A stretch of 64,000 nucleotides of DNA. It comes from Hydrolagus affinis. Taxonomy: Eukaryota. The DNA lies in the NCBI GenBank assembly GCA_012026655.1, contig JAAILG010000134.1, positions 62,001-126,000 on the forward strand. Reading direction: 5' to 3'. Shown here piece after piece: positions 25,060 through 39,879 of this stretch (its first letter is position 1; each line of letters starts with the position of its first letter). The notes below the pieces were generated by a model. The model was not told where the DNA came from and searched no databases. It worked only from the letters and a program-made list of their open reading frames with translations. The position numbers and the translations under genes were made by a program.

Positions 25060-28000
25060 CACTTTCCTGCAGGATTTAAGGAAGTAAGATAAAACAAAAA
25101 GAACAAATGAAAACAATGATAACTTACTGTTAGTTCTACTCCTGGAAAATCCATGAAAATAAATACTATTTCCAATGCAACTTCCATGAAGGGTAACAAA
25201 AGCAGACAGGAAGCTTCTTTGTTCCCAGAGTTTTTAAAAACTATTTTGAACAATATTTTGCTTTAAGTATCGGACCCGTCCTGTTAGTTTAACATTCAAG
25301 TGACAAACAAGTTTCTTTTAAAACAAAACTTTGACTTTATTCGTGGTTCTATTCCTCCTGTAGCATCCGAGTTGGCTGCAGGATTCCTGTTGATGAGAGA
25401 ATAACATCATTTGAGCACTCGGAGATCATTCTGAGTAATTAAGCAATTTGTAACATCTCAAGAAACCTCAGCTCGTAAGTCCTGGTCGCTTATACTCCAA
25501 GCCTAAAGAAGGATGGTGCTGAATCTTTATCTCTAGTCAAATCCTAATGAAACCCTTCCGAATGCATCAAGATAATTATAAAGCAATAGGATAAATTAAT
25601 CTCTGTAAACTTGGAGGTCGTTTTAACCAAACAACACTGTGTGGGATCAGAACACATTAGTTGGTCTGTTACCTTCTAAATCTTTTTGATTAATAATACA
25701 TGGGGTTCAGAGGGCTGTTTCTGTGAGAGGTCAATGCAGGTTTATTTTATAAGCAACTGGGCTGTTCTAGTTTGCAGATGATCTATTGCAGGCATACGAC
25801 ACCACCTTCCCCGAAGCTCCTTTTTGGTCGATGTATGAACCAGGATGCTGTAGGTTGCCACTTGATCCAAGTTCCTACCTTATTTTTCATCCTGCTGTCT
25901 TGTCCTCCAAGTTGCAAAACTCTTGTTGCACTGAATATGTGCAAATTGGCCACAATTACCTCAAGGTGGTGATATTTAAGGTCACCTTGGAACGTGAATA
26001 ATGTGCTCGCACATCCTAGCTCTTTTTCTACCCCTGGTGATTACTTTGAAATGTCATTCATTCAGACTGGTAATTTATGCATCAGTGGTTGCAAGTTGCT
26101 TTCAACACAAAACATGTTTCCACAGTGAAAGAACATAATCGCAAAGTTTCCCAACAGGTTCTGTAACCTACTCCAGTACTGTACTAATTTTAACACAATA
26201 TTTAAAACAAACGTGCAATTTAGCATGAACAAGTAGAGAACAACTTTGACACAGGCTCACTTATAAAATGGACATACAGTACAGTATTTTGTTCCCTGAA
26301 TATCAAAATCCTGCTAGTGGAGTTCTCTTGAAAAGATAAGGGAGTTGTTTGCCCCCAATGTCCTGGCCAACAATAATCTAGATATAATATTGATCCTTCC
26401 CTCGTTTGTTCACCAACAAAACATAATTAACACACCTTGCAGAAAACTCTGAACCATTTTGAGGAATTGTGTTGTCCTTAACATACAACATCAAATGCAT
26501 TAGTATTTATTTTTAAACCTTTAAGTAAATGTTTACAGTTTCAGTTTTCAAAAGAATGCCTACTAGCTTGTTTTAATCATCGTTTACATATTTGATTCTA
26601 AAGTCCATAATATTTTAGATTAATTAACAATTAGCATTCAGTAGTTTGACATTAATGTGCAGTACAGGATAGACTTGAGGCAGTAAACTCACACTACCAG
26701 CATTCTGCACAGATTGTGGTATAGCTGCACACAGTGGGGAGTTGACTTTTTAACAGTGATCAAGAAATCAAAACTATGTGAGACTCTGTTATACCGCCAT
26801 TATATTTCTCACGTTACAAATGACCCACCAACTCTTCTTCTGCCTCTGAAACTTGCACCAGCAGTCAAGAGACCGAGTTGACCATGTGAGTTTATAAGAT
26901 GACTTTGTAGAGGCTTGCATTATGCCATGTTGCTTGTTCAGCTGCATGTTAAAGGTGCACTATAGGGAAAGACAAGGGAGTTTTCTCGTGGCGTCCTGGC
27001 CGACAATTATCCAGAGGGAAAAAAAATGGTCATTCCCTTGGCTACTGAATTTGTCTACAAATAGTTACAACACAGTGAAGCGCTTGAAGATGTCATCCTG
27101 CCATGAACGGTACTATATCAAACACAAGTATTATTATACAATCTGATACAGGAAAGCAAGCGAATCTCCCCAGAGTTCTCTGCTCACACTTTATTGAAAT
27201 GTTCTGTGCCAAGAGGGTTACGGAATGCAAGGGTGCAACTGCAGTTCTGCACTGATTTTTCTGAAATTGAGTCCCTCTAAACTTGTACAAGTGGACCCAT
27301 CTCTTTCTCTGGGGATTTCTGGACTTCAGCTTGTAATATTTCACTATTGGTTTTGCTCAAATTATCCTTTTGGCCTCTAAACACTAAAAGGGCACATTTT
27401 ATGAATATTTCTATTTTCTGCAGTAGAGCTGAGAATACACCATTGGAGCAATTCTACCTGTAGGCTACATTCTGCCCTATACATTTATTTTGCATTTGCC
27501 TCAGTTTGTTGGTAAGATGTAAAAAATTTTTTTATCAATTGACCTTATTCATCAACATTTTCAATAGTATCAGGATAGTTTTGTGAGGTCATTTTTTTTT
27601 AAAAGTAGTTTCAAGAATACAATGTCTGTTCTCTTCAGTAGCATATCACTGATAAATATTTTAGTGGTTCTGTATTGTTGCCAATTACCTTGCAAACATT
27701 TGACTGCAAGACACAATTGTGCTAAAGATATAATTTTCAACATACACTTGACAAAATTGTTCTGTGTCTGCTTTTGCAGCAGGTTATAACATGTAGCAGC
27801 AAAGTCAGGCTGGGGAAAGTACAACTTCACTGGAACTGTCTTTTCTTTCAACAGATTTGCAATTCATTAGGTGGTTTTCATCAACACTGCATGAAACTTA
27901 CACAGTGGTCCAACTTCTCACTTTTCGAAAAGGTCACTTCATTCTGCATGCTCAGATTTTTTGTTTTAATGTTCAGAGAGAGTTGCTATATACATTATAA

Positions 28001-28129
28001 AAAACAAAACTTCAGTTCCATATTTATTGAAACATCCAGATCTGTGGGATGGAAAGGTTCAGTGGAGTATAGTTCCAATGCTGTGTGGCACATTCTTTTC
28101 TATGCAACATGCCATTAGAGGGTTCAGCC

Positions 28130-28350
28130 AGAGGATCGCAATCAAGATCCTTGTTCTCACCCTCCTTAGTCTTGCTCTAATCAAACTGTGTGATTTACAA
28201 AAACTTCACAAACCTTTCCACTCCTTCCGCTCTGCAGGTGCTGGGCTGCTCCACATCTCTTGCTCTGTCTGGCCGGACCTTCAGCCTTTCTGTTCCCACC
28301 TTTTGGATCCTGTAACTCCTCATCCTTACCACTTGCCTCCTTCAAGATCT
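28130..28350 (+). mobile_element. Highly degenerate L2 3' fragment
   Basis: aggatcgcaatcaagatccttgttctcacc...cactccttccgctctgcaggtgctgggct resembles the L2 copies at 20.8 kb and 53.9 kb. Confidence 0.55.
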
Positions 28351-28912
28351 TCTTGTTCACCCATTGTTTTGGTTATCTATTATAGGATGATGTCCCCTGA
28401 ATAATGTTTTTAAACCATAATTAACCACTGATCTCAATTGATTGAGAACTTATTTAACATCTTGTTTCTCCTGATTGAATTAAAGCAACAACAACAACAT
28501 TAAATTTATAGAGCACCTTTCATGTCGGGAGGGAGTCCCAAGGTGCTAAAGCAAAATATAATGCAGGTTTAAGGTACTGTGATTGCAAAACAATTCACAA
28601 TTGACCCACCTTCAAAAACCACAATGAGAGAATAATTTATCATTACTCCTGTATAAATGCAATTGGTACAAATTAGTTCAGCTTCCATTAAAATCTGATC
28701 CTTTAAGTCAAAAAAAACTTTGCAATTTTAAAGAGACCTGTCGTGCTTAATCTGCATGCACAGCGTTCTCCTCAGCTCCCAGAACAGCCCGATTTTGAAA
28801 CAGAAACATAAATCAGACTTCCCAATCATAATCACTTCATCTGAGCTGTTATCACATTCAGCAGTGTGGACCAATAGACAAATATACCAAAGGACATAAT
28901 GGTTTTGTCAGT

Positions 28913-29090
28913 TGAATTGACGGTATATATGTGGGAGAAAGGCAGCAGCCAGTTGCGCACAACCGTGTCCCACAAACAGTCATGGATTGAAATTACCAAT
29001 TTATTATTGTTTTATTTTGAGGGATTATTATTAGGCATGTGGAGTAAGAAAACTTGCCCAAAGTTTCACCCTGCCTGGTATTGAACCCAG
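28913..29090 (-). mobile_element. Internal Deu SINE fragment
   Basis: gcagccagttgcgcacaaccgtgtcccacaaacagtcatggattgaaattacc...gcctggtattgaacccag. Confidence 0.88.
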
Positions 29091-32000
29091 TTCTCAGATC
29101 CCAGATTATCTTTGCCTCAATCATTAAATATGACCATGAGGACACTCGTGAGATTTTTTCATAAAAACATGCAGTTTTTTTATTTCATGTATAAAGAACT
29201 TCTACTTTTACAGTCTTCATTCAACACTGTGTAAAGCTAATGCTGCAGTAACATGACCTACCATTACCTAATGTCAGCATCACTTTAGACTGCTAGGAAT
29301 GGATAAAATGATTTTGGATCAGGTGAAAGATTTGATTTATTTTAAATCCAAATTTTTCCTTCATCATTCCTGTTCTTTAAACTTCACAAATAGGCTTAGA
29401 GTTCTTGTATTCATTATAAGCTTTCATTCATGCAGTGGTTCCATTAGCATTAAATGATTAATTCAATAAATGCAGATAAAATAAAAAATAAGATGCCAAT
29501 GATTCAAACACAACACTCACTACTGTTGATGCCAACCACTACTAAATATTGAAGAAATCACTGCATCCCTACACATTATGTGAATGTAGTTGGGTTCCTT
29601 TCAATCAAAAAGTTCCTATACTAATAGTTTGAGTCATTCCTGTGTGAATATTAGAGTAATTGATATTAGCTGGGTCAATCAAAATGGAAATGATTGCTTC
29701 TGTCAAATAAGGCAATCTTGTTAATTACACTGACGTACTCTACAAATTAAGTTATTTATATAATCTTTTGGGAATAACTGGTCTGCGTATTGTACAGGTA
29801 TAACTATTTTAGGAAAGGGCTGTCCTTTGACAACATTATCAACAGTACAGAAGCAAGATGCTCAATGGTCTTATTGTGGGCACTGCTCCAAGATTGCAAG
29901 TCAAACCATTTCATTACAATGGTTTCAACTTGGCTTGTTTAGTGGATAAATGGCGTTATTTAGGAATTCCAACTTACCCTTCTCCAAAAGAGTATGGTGC
30001 AGTTTGATAGGTGATTTTTTTTGGCAAGTGCCATTTTCTAATATAATGTTGTAGAGGGTGATTCCAACAGCCACCAGGAGTGATTTATATCAATGTCTCA
30101 CCAATTGGATGCAAGTCACGATCACAATTGGTCAGACATGCAAATTTCAAACTTAAGATGCTGCAAATTTGTAACAGCAAAATAAAAATGGTTATAATAC
30201 CCAAATAACACTGCACACATCAAGAAACTCTTCTGTAAATATGTCCAGTAATGTGAGCAATGAGAAAAAAGTAATTTGGTTCATTGATTTTTTTAAACTC
30301 TACATCATTTTCCTATCACAGGCTCCATCTAAATTATTTGATCTCTGGAGAGGGATGACTAAGCACAGGTAAGCCTATAACATTTCTCTGTGCTCCCAGA
30401 GGTAATTTAACAAAACTCCAGGAAATCAATAACCTTACAAACCATATTATTCAATCTCAACTGGTTTCATGAAGCAGATAACAGTTACAAGCAACATAGA
30501 AACTAAAATGCTCTACATAGTGTTTGATCATCCGTGTGTATACTTAACCAGACACTTATTTAGCTTGTTTAATAACAATTTATCAATGTGCTGTATCATT
30601 AATTGTTTTTTTTTTAACTAGGAATCTATCCTACTCAGGAAAAGAAACATTTATTCCACTTGAATTATCACAGAAGGCAAAGTTGCAAACATTGGTATGT
30701 TGATAATGCTGTCATACAATACAATATTTACCCAGTCTATTATATAATACAATTTACAATACAATTTTCTTTTATACAGTGCCTTTCACATTGAAAGGAT
30801 GTCTCAAAATGTTATGTCAGTGCAAGTCTGACCAAAAGACCTTCACAAATACTTCTGTTCTGATCCTGTACAAATAAGCTATTATTCACTCCACCATAGC
30901 AACGCATCATTCAACAAGATCTGAACATCAGGATCTTTTTCACATAGTCTCAGAATTGTGAAAAATTTTCAAATCATTCTTCTTTTGTCAACCAAGTCAA
31001 GAATTTGAAAATGATTGCTTTCCATCTACATATATGACAAAGCAATCAATCATAAGTTGCGTATATATAATAAATGTCAAGCACTGTGTTAAATAAGGTA
31101 CAATTCATTCATGACAAAGATGAAGGGAAGCATTTTAGGACAAACCATGATTATTGGAGCCCATCAATCAGACAAATAGCTTTGTTTCTTTCCTGGTAGT
31201 TTAAAACTAGGGGCATCATAAGCAAACTGGATACAGTTGTGACATACAAATTTCATTAGCATGCAATGTGTAGCCTGGTACACATGGAGTTGCTTTGTAT
31301 TGTTTGAGTCCAGTTATAGTTTATCACATGCGGGCAGAACATATCCATCATGGATTCCTTCTACCATATGTCTAAAGCACTTTGATGACAAATTTGCCTG
31401 AATTTGCACTGAAAAAAATGAAGCCAAAGCAAAGATAATTTGCCTAAAAACAAACACTGGCTAACTGTGGATTGGAATCAGTAGAACTTTTTTTTAAAAA
31501 AAATTAAGCACACAACACTGAATCCTAAAGCTTCCAAAAAAAATTGATAAATGATAGGATTTTTTTATATCATGAAGGGTTAATCATTTGAGGAATTAAA
31601 GAAAAAAACATTTGTTTTTAAAATGAGTTTTTCCATTTTGGATGTGTGTTATAGCTCTTTTCCTGGAACTGGCTTGCTGATTCAGTGAGTGCCAGAGTTC
31701 ACCTGCCTAAACTTAAACACATAACAATATTTCATGTGCTCACAAGTGAGTGTGGCCAATTGATCCAGGATGAATGATTGAGGGAGGGATAAGGGGTTGG
31801 AGTTAGTTTCAGCAACCTTAGGCAGTTGCAAAGAAAGAGTGGTGGAGGCCAGTTCATTGGACATTAGAAATAGTTCAATACTGCAAAGGAGGCTGACAGG
31901 GTTTGGTATTCTAGAAGCGTTAGATCAAATGGGTCAATGGGCCTTCTTCATCCAAATTGATCTTCTGTGGAAGACTGGACAGAATTGATCGGGAATGATT

Positions 32001-34272
32001 ATGAAAGACTGTTGGTGATTTGGGAAGATCATGTGACAAAATGCAACTGTGAAAAGCATAGAGTAAACTAACGTAAAACAGAAACTGACTGACAGCCAAG
32101 ACTATTCTACCTGGGGGTATTTGGAATGAACTCCATGAGCATTGCTTGAAGAAACAGTAATTGAGATGTGATACAACCTAACTCAATGATATCAAATATC
32201 AGTGCTAGGCTCACATGTTCCCAAGACAAAGAACATAGCTGCAACACTATCATACTTTTTATTAAACATAGAAAACATAGCATCAATTAAAATTTTCATC
32301 CAATTTTCACTAGTGGAGCTTATTCATTGCCATCTCAATATGTTCCACTGCAAAAAGAAACTGGAAAGCAAAGAGAGTTCCACTTACTAACCCAACACAA
32401 ATATGATTTATATCACCTTTTCCTTCTTTGACCAGAGGGTTTCTATAGGAAGGAAATGTTCCAAATCTCCTCCAATCCCACTCCACCTCAGTGCTTAAAA
32501 ATATTACTCAAAAATCCACATTAAAGTTTAAAATAGATTAAGAAGATTCTCATACGTCTCTTCAGATAGATTCCTAGCTGCCAAGTTCTTGAACTGCCTC
32601 GTCTGTTAGATCCTAATTTGTTTTTCCTATGATAGTTACTGCCTCGATTCTGAAGCAGAAGGTGTTATAATTAGCTGCTGGGAACTCAATGATGCCAAGC
32701 TCCACTTTGGGACTGTACTAAATTAGTTGAATTATCTGGGAAACCCCACCGCTTATTCATTAAGTCACTTGCTGCTATTCTTGATGAGACTCTGGAGCGG
32801 GCCTGATCTAGCATGGAGGCAAATAAAACTAATTGACCATACTGGCACACGACACATTGCTGGAAGGTTTTCGTTTTTTTTCCTTTAATTCTTCAGCCTA
32901 ATAATTGAGGACTATACCAGGGCTCACTGAATAATAATGAATTCACCCAATTTCCTGTCAATCAAGTGACAAAGGTATGAATTACACACTTGCTCCCGGT
33001 GCTTGTGGTTCGGTGGGAAACTCACTCAAAACGATGGTGTCAGTTTGGCTTCAACACCTGAGGTATTTTTGTTTTATGCATGATGCTTGAAGATGAGCAC
33101 TGACCTGCTTCTACGACTCTAAATGATGGACAGGACATCAGCATAGAATTATATTCTTTCATTGCAGAGGAACTCATCTGATTGAAAGACTGCTGTTGGA
33201 ATATTACATATCAAAGCTTGGCCTTTAGAAATGCATTAAAAAAAATCAACCTACATTAAGTTGGCCTGATTGTAGTCATTCAATGCAACTAAGCTCCAGA
33301 AAGCAACAAATATGTACAGTCCTTTCAAGATTATTTTGGTACCCTCTCTAAATATTACAATGTCCAAAGTTATTTGTGAACGCTTATTTTAAACTGAATT
33401 ATTTCAGAACAAAGGATTTTCTAGGACTCAGGAGATGCCAAATTGGCTTTAAAGATTATAAAAACTTTTTCATATGAACACCAAGCTGTAAAAATAGCTG
33501 CCGCATTTTAGAATATTATGTCATTTAATCCATAGTTTGAGACTGTAACCTGAGCAAAGTTGCTCTCCTGCTGAATGTTGAAAACAACTCAAACTGTGCA
33601 TTGGCACTCAAAAGGAATAAGCAGAAATTGTAACCATAGCAACTCAAACCAAATAACCACTGCTGAACTTTCTGTGGTATTGATATTAAAATGAAAGAAT
33701 GCAATCCTCGTCAGATCAATCTAGACCTCCACATAGCATTCTACCCATTGCCATGGCACCCATTAACAAATTCTGAAACTAAAGTGTGTTTGTCACATAA
33801 ATAGCATACTGTGTAGGAAACAGTTGAATACGTTTAATCGAATGTCAATTTGTGAATCGTACAATATTCTTCATTGAACGAACCATTCTTTATAGTCTCC
33901 CACATCAAGATTTCACAGCAAACCAGCCAGACTTGGCCCATACTCCAGAAACAGCAGATATAAGCCCTTCAGGCTTCACTTAATGTATCTGATGTCAGTT
34001 GGGATTTAGAAGTTCTCATCCCTATACGCAGAAGTAACAAGGGGAATGCAATTACAACCATGGTTAGGAAGTTAGATTGAAAATCTATTAATTGATAATA
34101 AAAAAATGATGTGCATTTTAGCCTAGAGCAACAGCAGCACATTTTTCTTTCTTCCTAAAAATAGACGGTGTTTCAAACCAGCATCAGCCTGTGCTGAAAA
34201 CGACAGGTTCATTTTTTCCATTTAAAAAAAACCCTAAATTTGCAGATGAAAATGTTGCCACTGGATTTCTTG

Positions 34273-34686
34273 AACAACAGCTTGCATTTATAGAGCCAGA
34301 CAGCGTCTCAGAGAGCTTCACAATAGCAGAGCCCGGGGCCGAGCCAGGGGAAGGGGAAAGGTGACCGTAGGGGCGGTCGAACAGAAAGGTCTTCAGGTGC
34401 AACCCTAAAATGGAAAAGTAGGGGGTGAGGTGAAGGATTGAGGGAGGGAGTTCCAGAGTTTCGGGGTATATTGGCTGAAGCCACAGCAGCTGATGGCGGA
34501 GTGGAGGATTGGGGGAGTCAAGGAGAAGGCCAGATCGAGTAGAGCAGAGGCAGTGGGTACTGCTGTGAGGAGAGATGAGGTTAGAGAGGTGCAGAGGAGT
34601 GGAGGGATTGAGGATCCTGAAGTCGATCCACTTTGTGGCAGAAAGACAGCGAAGTCTGGCGAGGACCGGGGTAATTGGGGAGGGAT
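34273..34686 (-). mobile_element. L2 LINE 3' region, with a SINE-type tail adjoining at about 34689-34760
   Basis: Translations PITPVLARL...WIDFRIL, KLWNSLPQS and HLKTFLFDR; tail aacaacagcttgcatttatagag. Confidence 0.85.
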
Positions 34687-35004
34687 CAATAATAATAATC
34701 CTCATGTTTGATATAGCACCTTTCAGCCCAGGAGGATATCTCAAAGCAATTCACAGGATAACAATAATATTTTGTATGTAAACTTGGGATGTTATGGCAA
34801 TAATTCTCAAGGAGAAGGTAATATGAAAACTATTGGTAGTGGTAAGTGGGATCCCTTGCCAGAAACCCAAGTGAATGTGAAAGATGCACTTTGACCAGTG
34901 ACAAAACATTGTTTACTTCATGGTCAGAGCTCAATTTGTTTTCAGACATTTATAGAGAAGGGAGTGATTTTTTTTCTTAAGGTTTTCATTTAATAAGAAG
35001 AATC

Positions 35005-35395
35005 CGTGCATTTGATATAGTCAAGAAGATCTCAGAAAGTGCTTAATATGAATTGCTGTAGAGTATAGTAACAATACTTCTGTAAGCAAACCACAATGTC
35101 CAACAAATAACAATGAAGTGAATGATTCATTTCATCCGGGGAATTGTTGGCCAGGGCACTGGGAGAAATTCCCTTCTCTTTGTGGATAGCCATGGGATTT
35201 TTATTAACAACCTGAACAGGAAGATGAGTTTTTGGTTTCTTCAGTTTTAATGTCTCATGTGAAGGAAGGCACCTTCATCAACGGACCACATCCCATCACT
35301 GCACTGGAGTATCATAAATATTTTACGAGTTCTAATTCCCACGGAGAGGCTTTACCCCATAATGTTCTGAATCAGTGCTAACAACTGAGTCAAGG
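35005..35395 (-). mobile_element. Old SacSINE1/AmnSINE-like Deu SINE
   Basis: ttggccagggcactgggagaa, gccatgggattttt, ttaatgtctcatgtgaaggaaggcacc, actgcactggagt and aacaactgagtcaagg are reverse complements of recalled consensus blocks. Confidence 0.65.
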
Positions 35396-38300
35396 AAACA
35401 GTTGAGGGAGTTCAACACACCTAAACGTTGTACTTGAAGAAAATTAAAAGAAAATTTGAAAACATTTGAATCTTAGCCATATTGGGATGTGGACTCCCCC
35501 AACATGAGAGATTGATTATTGAAGTGAGAGTTAAAGTTGAATAAGTTATATGCTTAAAATGGAATTAAATATCTGAAGGATAAAAGGACGTAAGGTAAGA
35601 TCAGAAATACATTTTCCTCTGAGCTGAAATTTCTAGGACTATGATTTACATCTTTCCACTTTTGTCCAGATCAGTTTTATAGCCAGAGAGCTCACAGCCA
35701 CATTAATACAGACAGCAAATATATCACAAGATCGATGTTACAAAAAGCGCCTCATCTGCATAATACAAAATCTTATAGATAGTATTTGACATTTCTATTC
35801 TTCTGATATCCTAATCATCTCAGTCTATCATAAGGTTAATAGACTCATTGGTTCCGATATTGATGACCTTTATCCCAAATGATGCAAAACTTGGATGAAA
35901 CTTGGGTTTCAAAAAACAAACTGTTCTCCCTCTAAAAATAGTAGGGTAAAACATTTTGGGTTCCATAAGGAAAAGACATATCTGGTCAAATAGAAGATAG
36001 CATTCAGCTATTTAACAATATATTTGATTAGAGGAGAAAGAAAGAAATAGAACATGATTTGAAGAAGAGGAATAACTGGCACCTTTTGGGAAGAAATCAC
36101 AAACCGAATATGACAAACATCTGCACTAGAGGACCACTGATGTCCGACTGAATAAAATTTCTGGCCATGTACAGAGGAAATCAGCCAACCTACCAGTTAT
36201 TGATTGGGATTCAATTCCTTAAGATTAATATGATAGCACCGTGATGGGGTGGTGGGTAGGGGAGGTGTTTGTTTTCTTTCTTTAAAATGTGAACTGCATG
36301 ATTATGCTCTACAATTGGGGTCATTTTCTCTTCAGGGCTCAAGACATTTCTAACAGAATCAGCTGATTATCCACTCACTGCAAGACCTCAGTGCAAGACA
36401 CACACATTCAGCCCACTGTGTCCTTGGAATAACCTGATCAAATATGAAGAATTCACAAAGAAACGTTAGAATTACATTTGTCGGTTTGAAAAGTACTGTA
36501 CAAGGAAAACAGTACACAAAAAAAAATTATTTCCTCTGAAATTTTTTCTCAATGAAACCTGCAAGTGTGTGAATGAATTTGTAATGATACTTTGTCAATT
36601 TTATTATATGTGTATATGCAAGTAATCAACCTTGAGGTACCAGTTCCATGGACAGCTCGTGTCATTTCATACCAGCTGCAACAATAAATGTGATATTTTA
36701 GAATCTTACTTTATAAGCCATGGTGCCCTAAGGAGATGGGGTACCTACAACAAACCACCCACTAACTGAAGAGCTGAGTTTTGTCCTCCACTACTGGTTT
36801 GAAATCAGATTTACATTTTCGTTAACATCTCTTCTACAATCCTCGATATTACAGAACAAATTGGTGTCAAGGAATTAAGTTCAAATCATTTAACAATGCC
36901 ATTCTGAAACTGACTTCAAAGAGCATGATGACAGATGAGTTCAGAAAAGACCCACCCTCATTTGAAGTATTCATTGGTTCCCATAGATGGCTAAGATTGT
37001 CCACAAAATACACACAGTCACATCAACATTCCAGTATATCCCGTGAAGCACTTTGGGATGTGCTCCCGATATAAAAGGTGCTTGACAAAATGTAAGGATT
37101 ATTATACAGTATTAAGATTGGGAGGTCAACAAATGAGAAATCATGGGTGCTAACCAGTGAACCCACAGCTAATCTCTATTGTCTCACACTAAGCTGTCAT
37201 CCTCATGTCAGTCTCAGCCTGATGAAATGTAGGCTGATAATAACAGAGTCAATTTAGCAGTCCACTGGATATTTATTGCATCAAATGAACCTGATTGTGC
37301 TGAAGATGAATCACCATTCCCATCGACACATTTCAGAATAGTGGCATCTATGAAACCAATTCCATGGCACTAAACTAGCAGTTCTTGAATATCACTTGCT
37401 GGTTGGCATGATCATTTTAAAACCATCTGGATGTCCAAGATTTCTTTTTGTGCATCCCTGCACTTAGACATATAAACAGATTCCATGTGTTCAGACGTAG
37501 GATTTGCTTCCCTTTGAAGAGAAGGTTGTTGACAAATGGAACACATTATTATTGCTGTGTCTGCCAACACACAATCACTAACACACATCCTACTGTTTGT
37601 GCTACCAAAATAATCATCTTAGCCTTTGAAGTTGGGCAATTTACTTTAGGATTGACTATAAATTAAAGAGATGAACAAGCGATTTCAGAACTAGTTGAGC
37701 TGAAAGGTTCCACTGAAAGACTTAGCATCTTACTTCAAATAGTTTTTAAACACAATGTTCTGCGTCTTGCTAATTACTACCACGCCTCATTTTTCTTACA
37801 CTGCAATTTAAAAGAACAATTACAGATCTTATAAAACTACAAGCCTCCTGGCTGCAGGCTTACTCATTGTGACCACGCGGAAACAAAATCCAGCTCAACT
37901 TTCAGGTTACAACATTAAGTATCCATCAATAGCAAGTGCCCAATGAGTATAAGCAGATGACAGTACAATAGGCATGTCCCAGATGATGCAAATGACCAAA
38001 TTGCACAAGAGCCCAACGGCACATTTTGAGACATTTGTTATTCTGTAGAATATCAGTTAGGACATATAATGATTAACAACCTTGACTTTTACTTTTTGTC
38101 AGCTGTTTTCAAAGCAGGTTCTTGTATCTAAAGAGTATGAGAGTGTTAAAATCCAGTTAAATTCTAAATTATTGTGTAGATTGCCCTCAGTACATTAACT
38201 TATTGCATAATAAAAGTTTCAAATTGGTTCATGTTTTGTGTCAGTTAATTGAAACCAAGGATACAACTGCATTTCATTATGGTGTATTAAAAGCAAAACG

Positions 38301-38740
38301 TTATGACTCACACCCCAAATATTTCATAGCCATGTAGATCTAGTTCACAATTTTTAAAAAACGATGCAATTATAAAGAATAAAACTGGCAGCTCGATTGT
38401 CCAGGATCTTGGTGAATTACTATACTGAGCTCTGATGTGACAGCAATTAGTTTCAAGTTTACAACTTAACATACTTACTCATTCCCAGTTGACTTCAGGG
38501 AAGGAAGAGAGACTATGAAAAAAACTTAGAGCAAGAATTGGTGTTTGTAGCAGATATATTGTCATATAGGTTACATTATTCCCTCATGGTGGAGCATTAA
38601 GTATTGAACTCAGATTTTCAGACTATACTTTTCCTGATGGTTCCAGCAACAGAGCTGAAAACATTTTAGTTTTACATCCCCTTCGCACAACATAAAATTA
38701 CTTAACTCATAATTTAGCACATAGCTTCAGATTTGGGTGT

Positions 38741-39163
38741 TAATCACAACAAATTCCAACATTCCATCATTAGGTTCTTATAGTAAATAGAATGGCAATG
38801 ATCGGATGCATCCATTACACCATTTAGCCTTGCTGTAGCCCAGGGAATTTACAGTAAATGTATGGGTACTGTATTCAGCAACAGAATAGTTCATCTTACC
38901 CAAACTTGACTGAAAAGGACTTAACGACTTTCTGGAGTTCAGTCATGCTATGGTGGAACCTTTTAACTATTATAAATCATTACATCCAAGTTGAATAATA
39001 AGGAGTAATCTTTAGATACCAGTCACATGCAGTGTGAGATGAATGTTGGGTGTCCCTAGGCTGCAACAAGACTAAATAGTGCAATGGATGCATCCGATCA
39101 TTGGCATTCTGTTTGCTATAAGAACCTAATGATGGAATGTTAGAATTTGTAACATTGTGATTA
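38741..39163. repeat. Long inverted repeat (about 105-bp arms, about 206-bp spacer)
   Basis: 38741-38846 versus revcomp of 39053-39163: about 10 substitutions and one 5-bp indel. Confidence 0.9.
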
Positions 39164-39879
39164 CAATGGGCCCCATTCATTCAAATGTTTCATTACTTAC
39201 TCCACATACTTACATGTCAAGGCCTGTAACTGATTTATTATTGCTGAAACTTTGTTTAAAAAAACTCAGCATTTACACATATGGATCAAATCTGCATCAA
39301 CACTTCCAATCATTTTGCAGTTGGCCGCTTTTTATTTACATGGTTCCCTTGATGCCCAACAATATGCACGCAATTGGAGTACAAATTGTTCCCAGGCGAT
39401 GTCAGCTTTAAGGAAGCAGTAAGAAACCACGGGGAAATTCAATTCACTGAGTCTGCTATCTTGTTTGTATGATTGACTTGCCCAGTAATTGGAAAAAGCT
39501 TTCTAATTCAAATGTTATGAAATTAAGCCACACATCCCAATCACTGCCTTTCGATGCAAGCTACAAACCATTTTATCTGACCTTAATCAAATTTATTTCA
39601 TCCCTAATTGTCATCTGATAATAGAGTATAATCTGCATAAATATCCCACACTTTAAAGACCAGTGTATGAAAGGAGTAAGAGGCAACATAATCAGGCATG
39701 ATGAGCAAAGCTGTCTAAAATGAAGACAATTCTGCTACTTTGACCTGATACATTCATCTCACGCTCTGGAACTCCTAGTCTGAATACTATTGTTGAAGCT
39801 CTGAATCTAAAATGAAAACTTAAAACTATTTTAAAGGTGTTTGGGAACAGAGAAATCTGAGGGCGCACATACACAGGTC

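Noticed and set aside
25128-25280. Minus-strand AG...GTAAGT pair as an exon
   Set aside because: Stops in all three frames and a weak pyrimidine tract
37864-38043. Minus-strand exon-like splice pair
   Set aside because: Stops in all three frames
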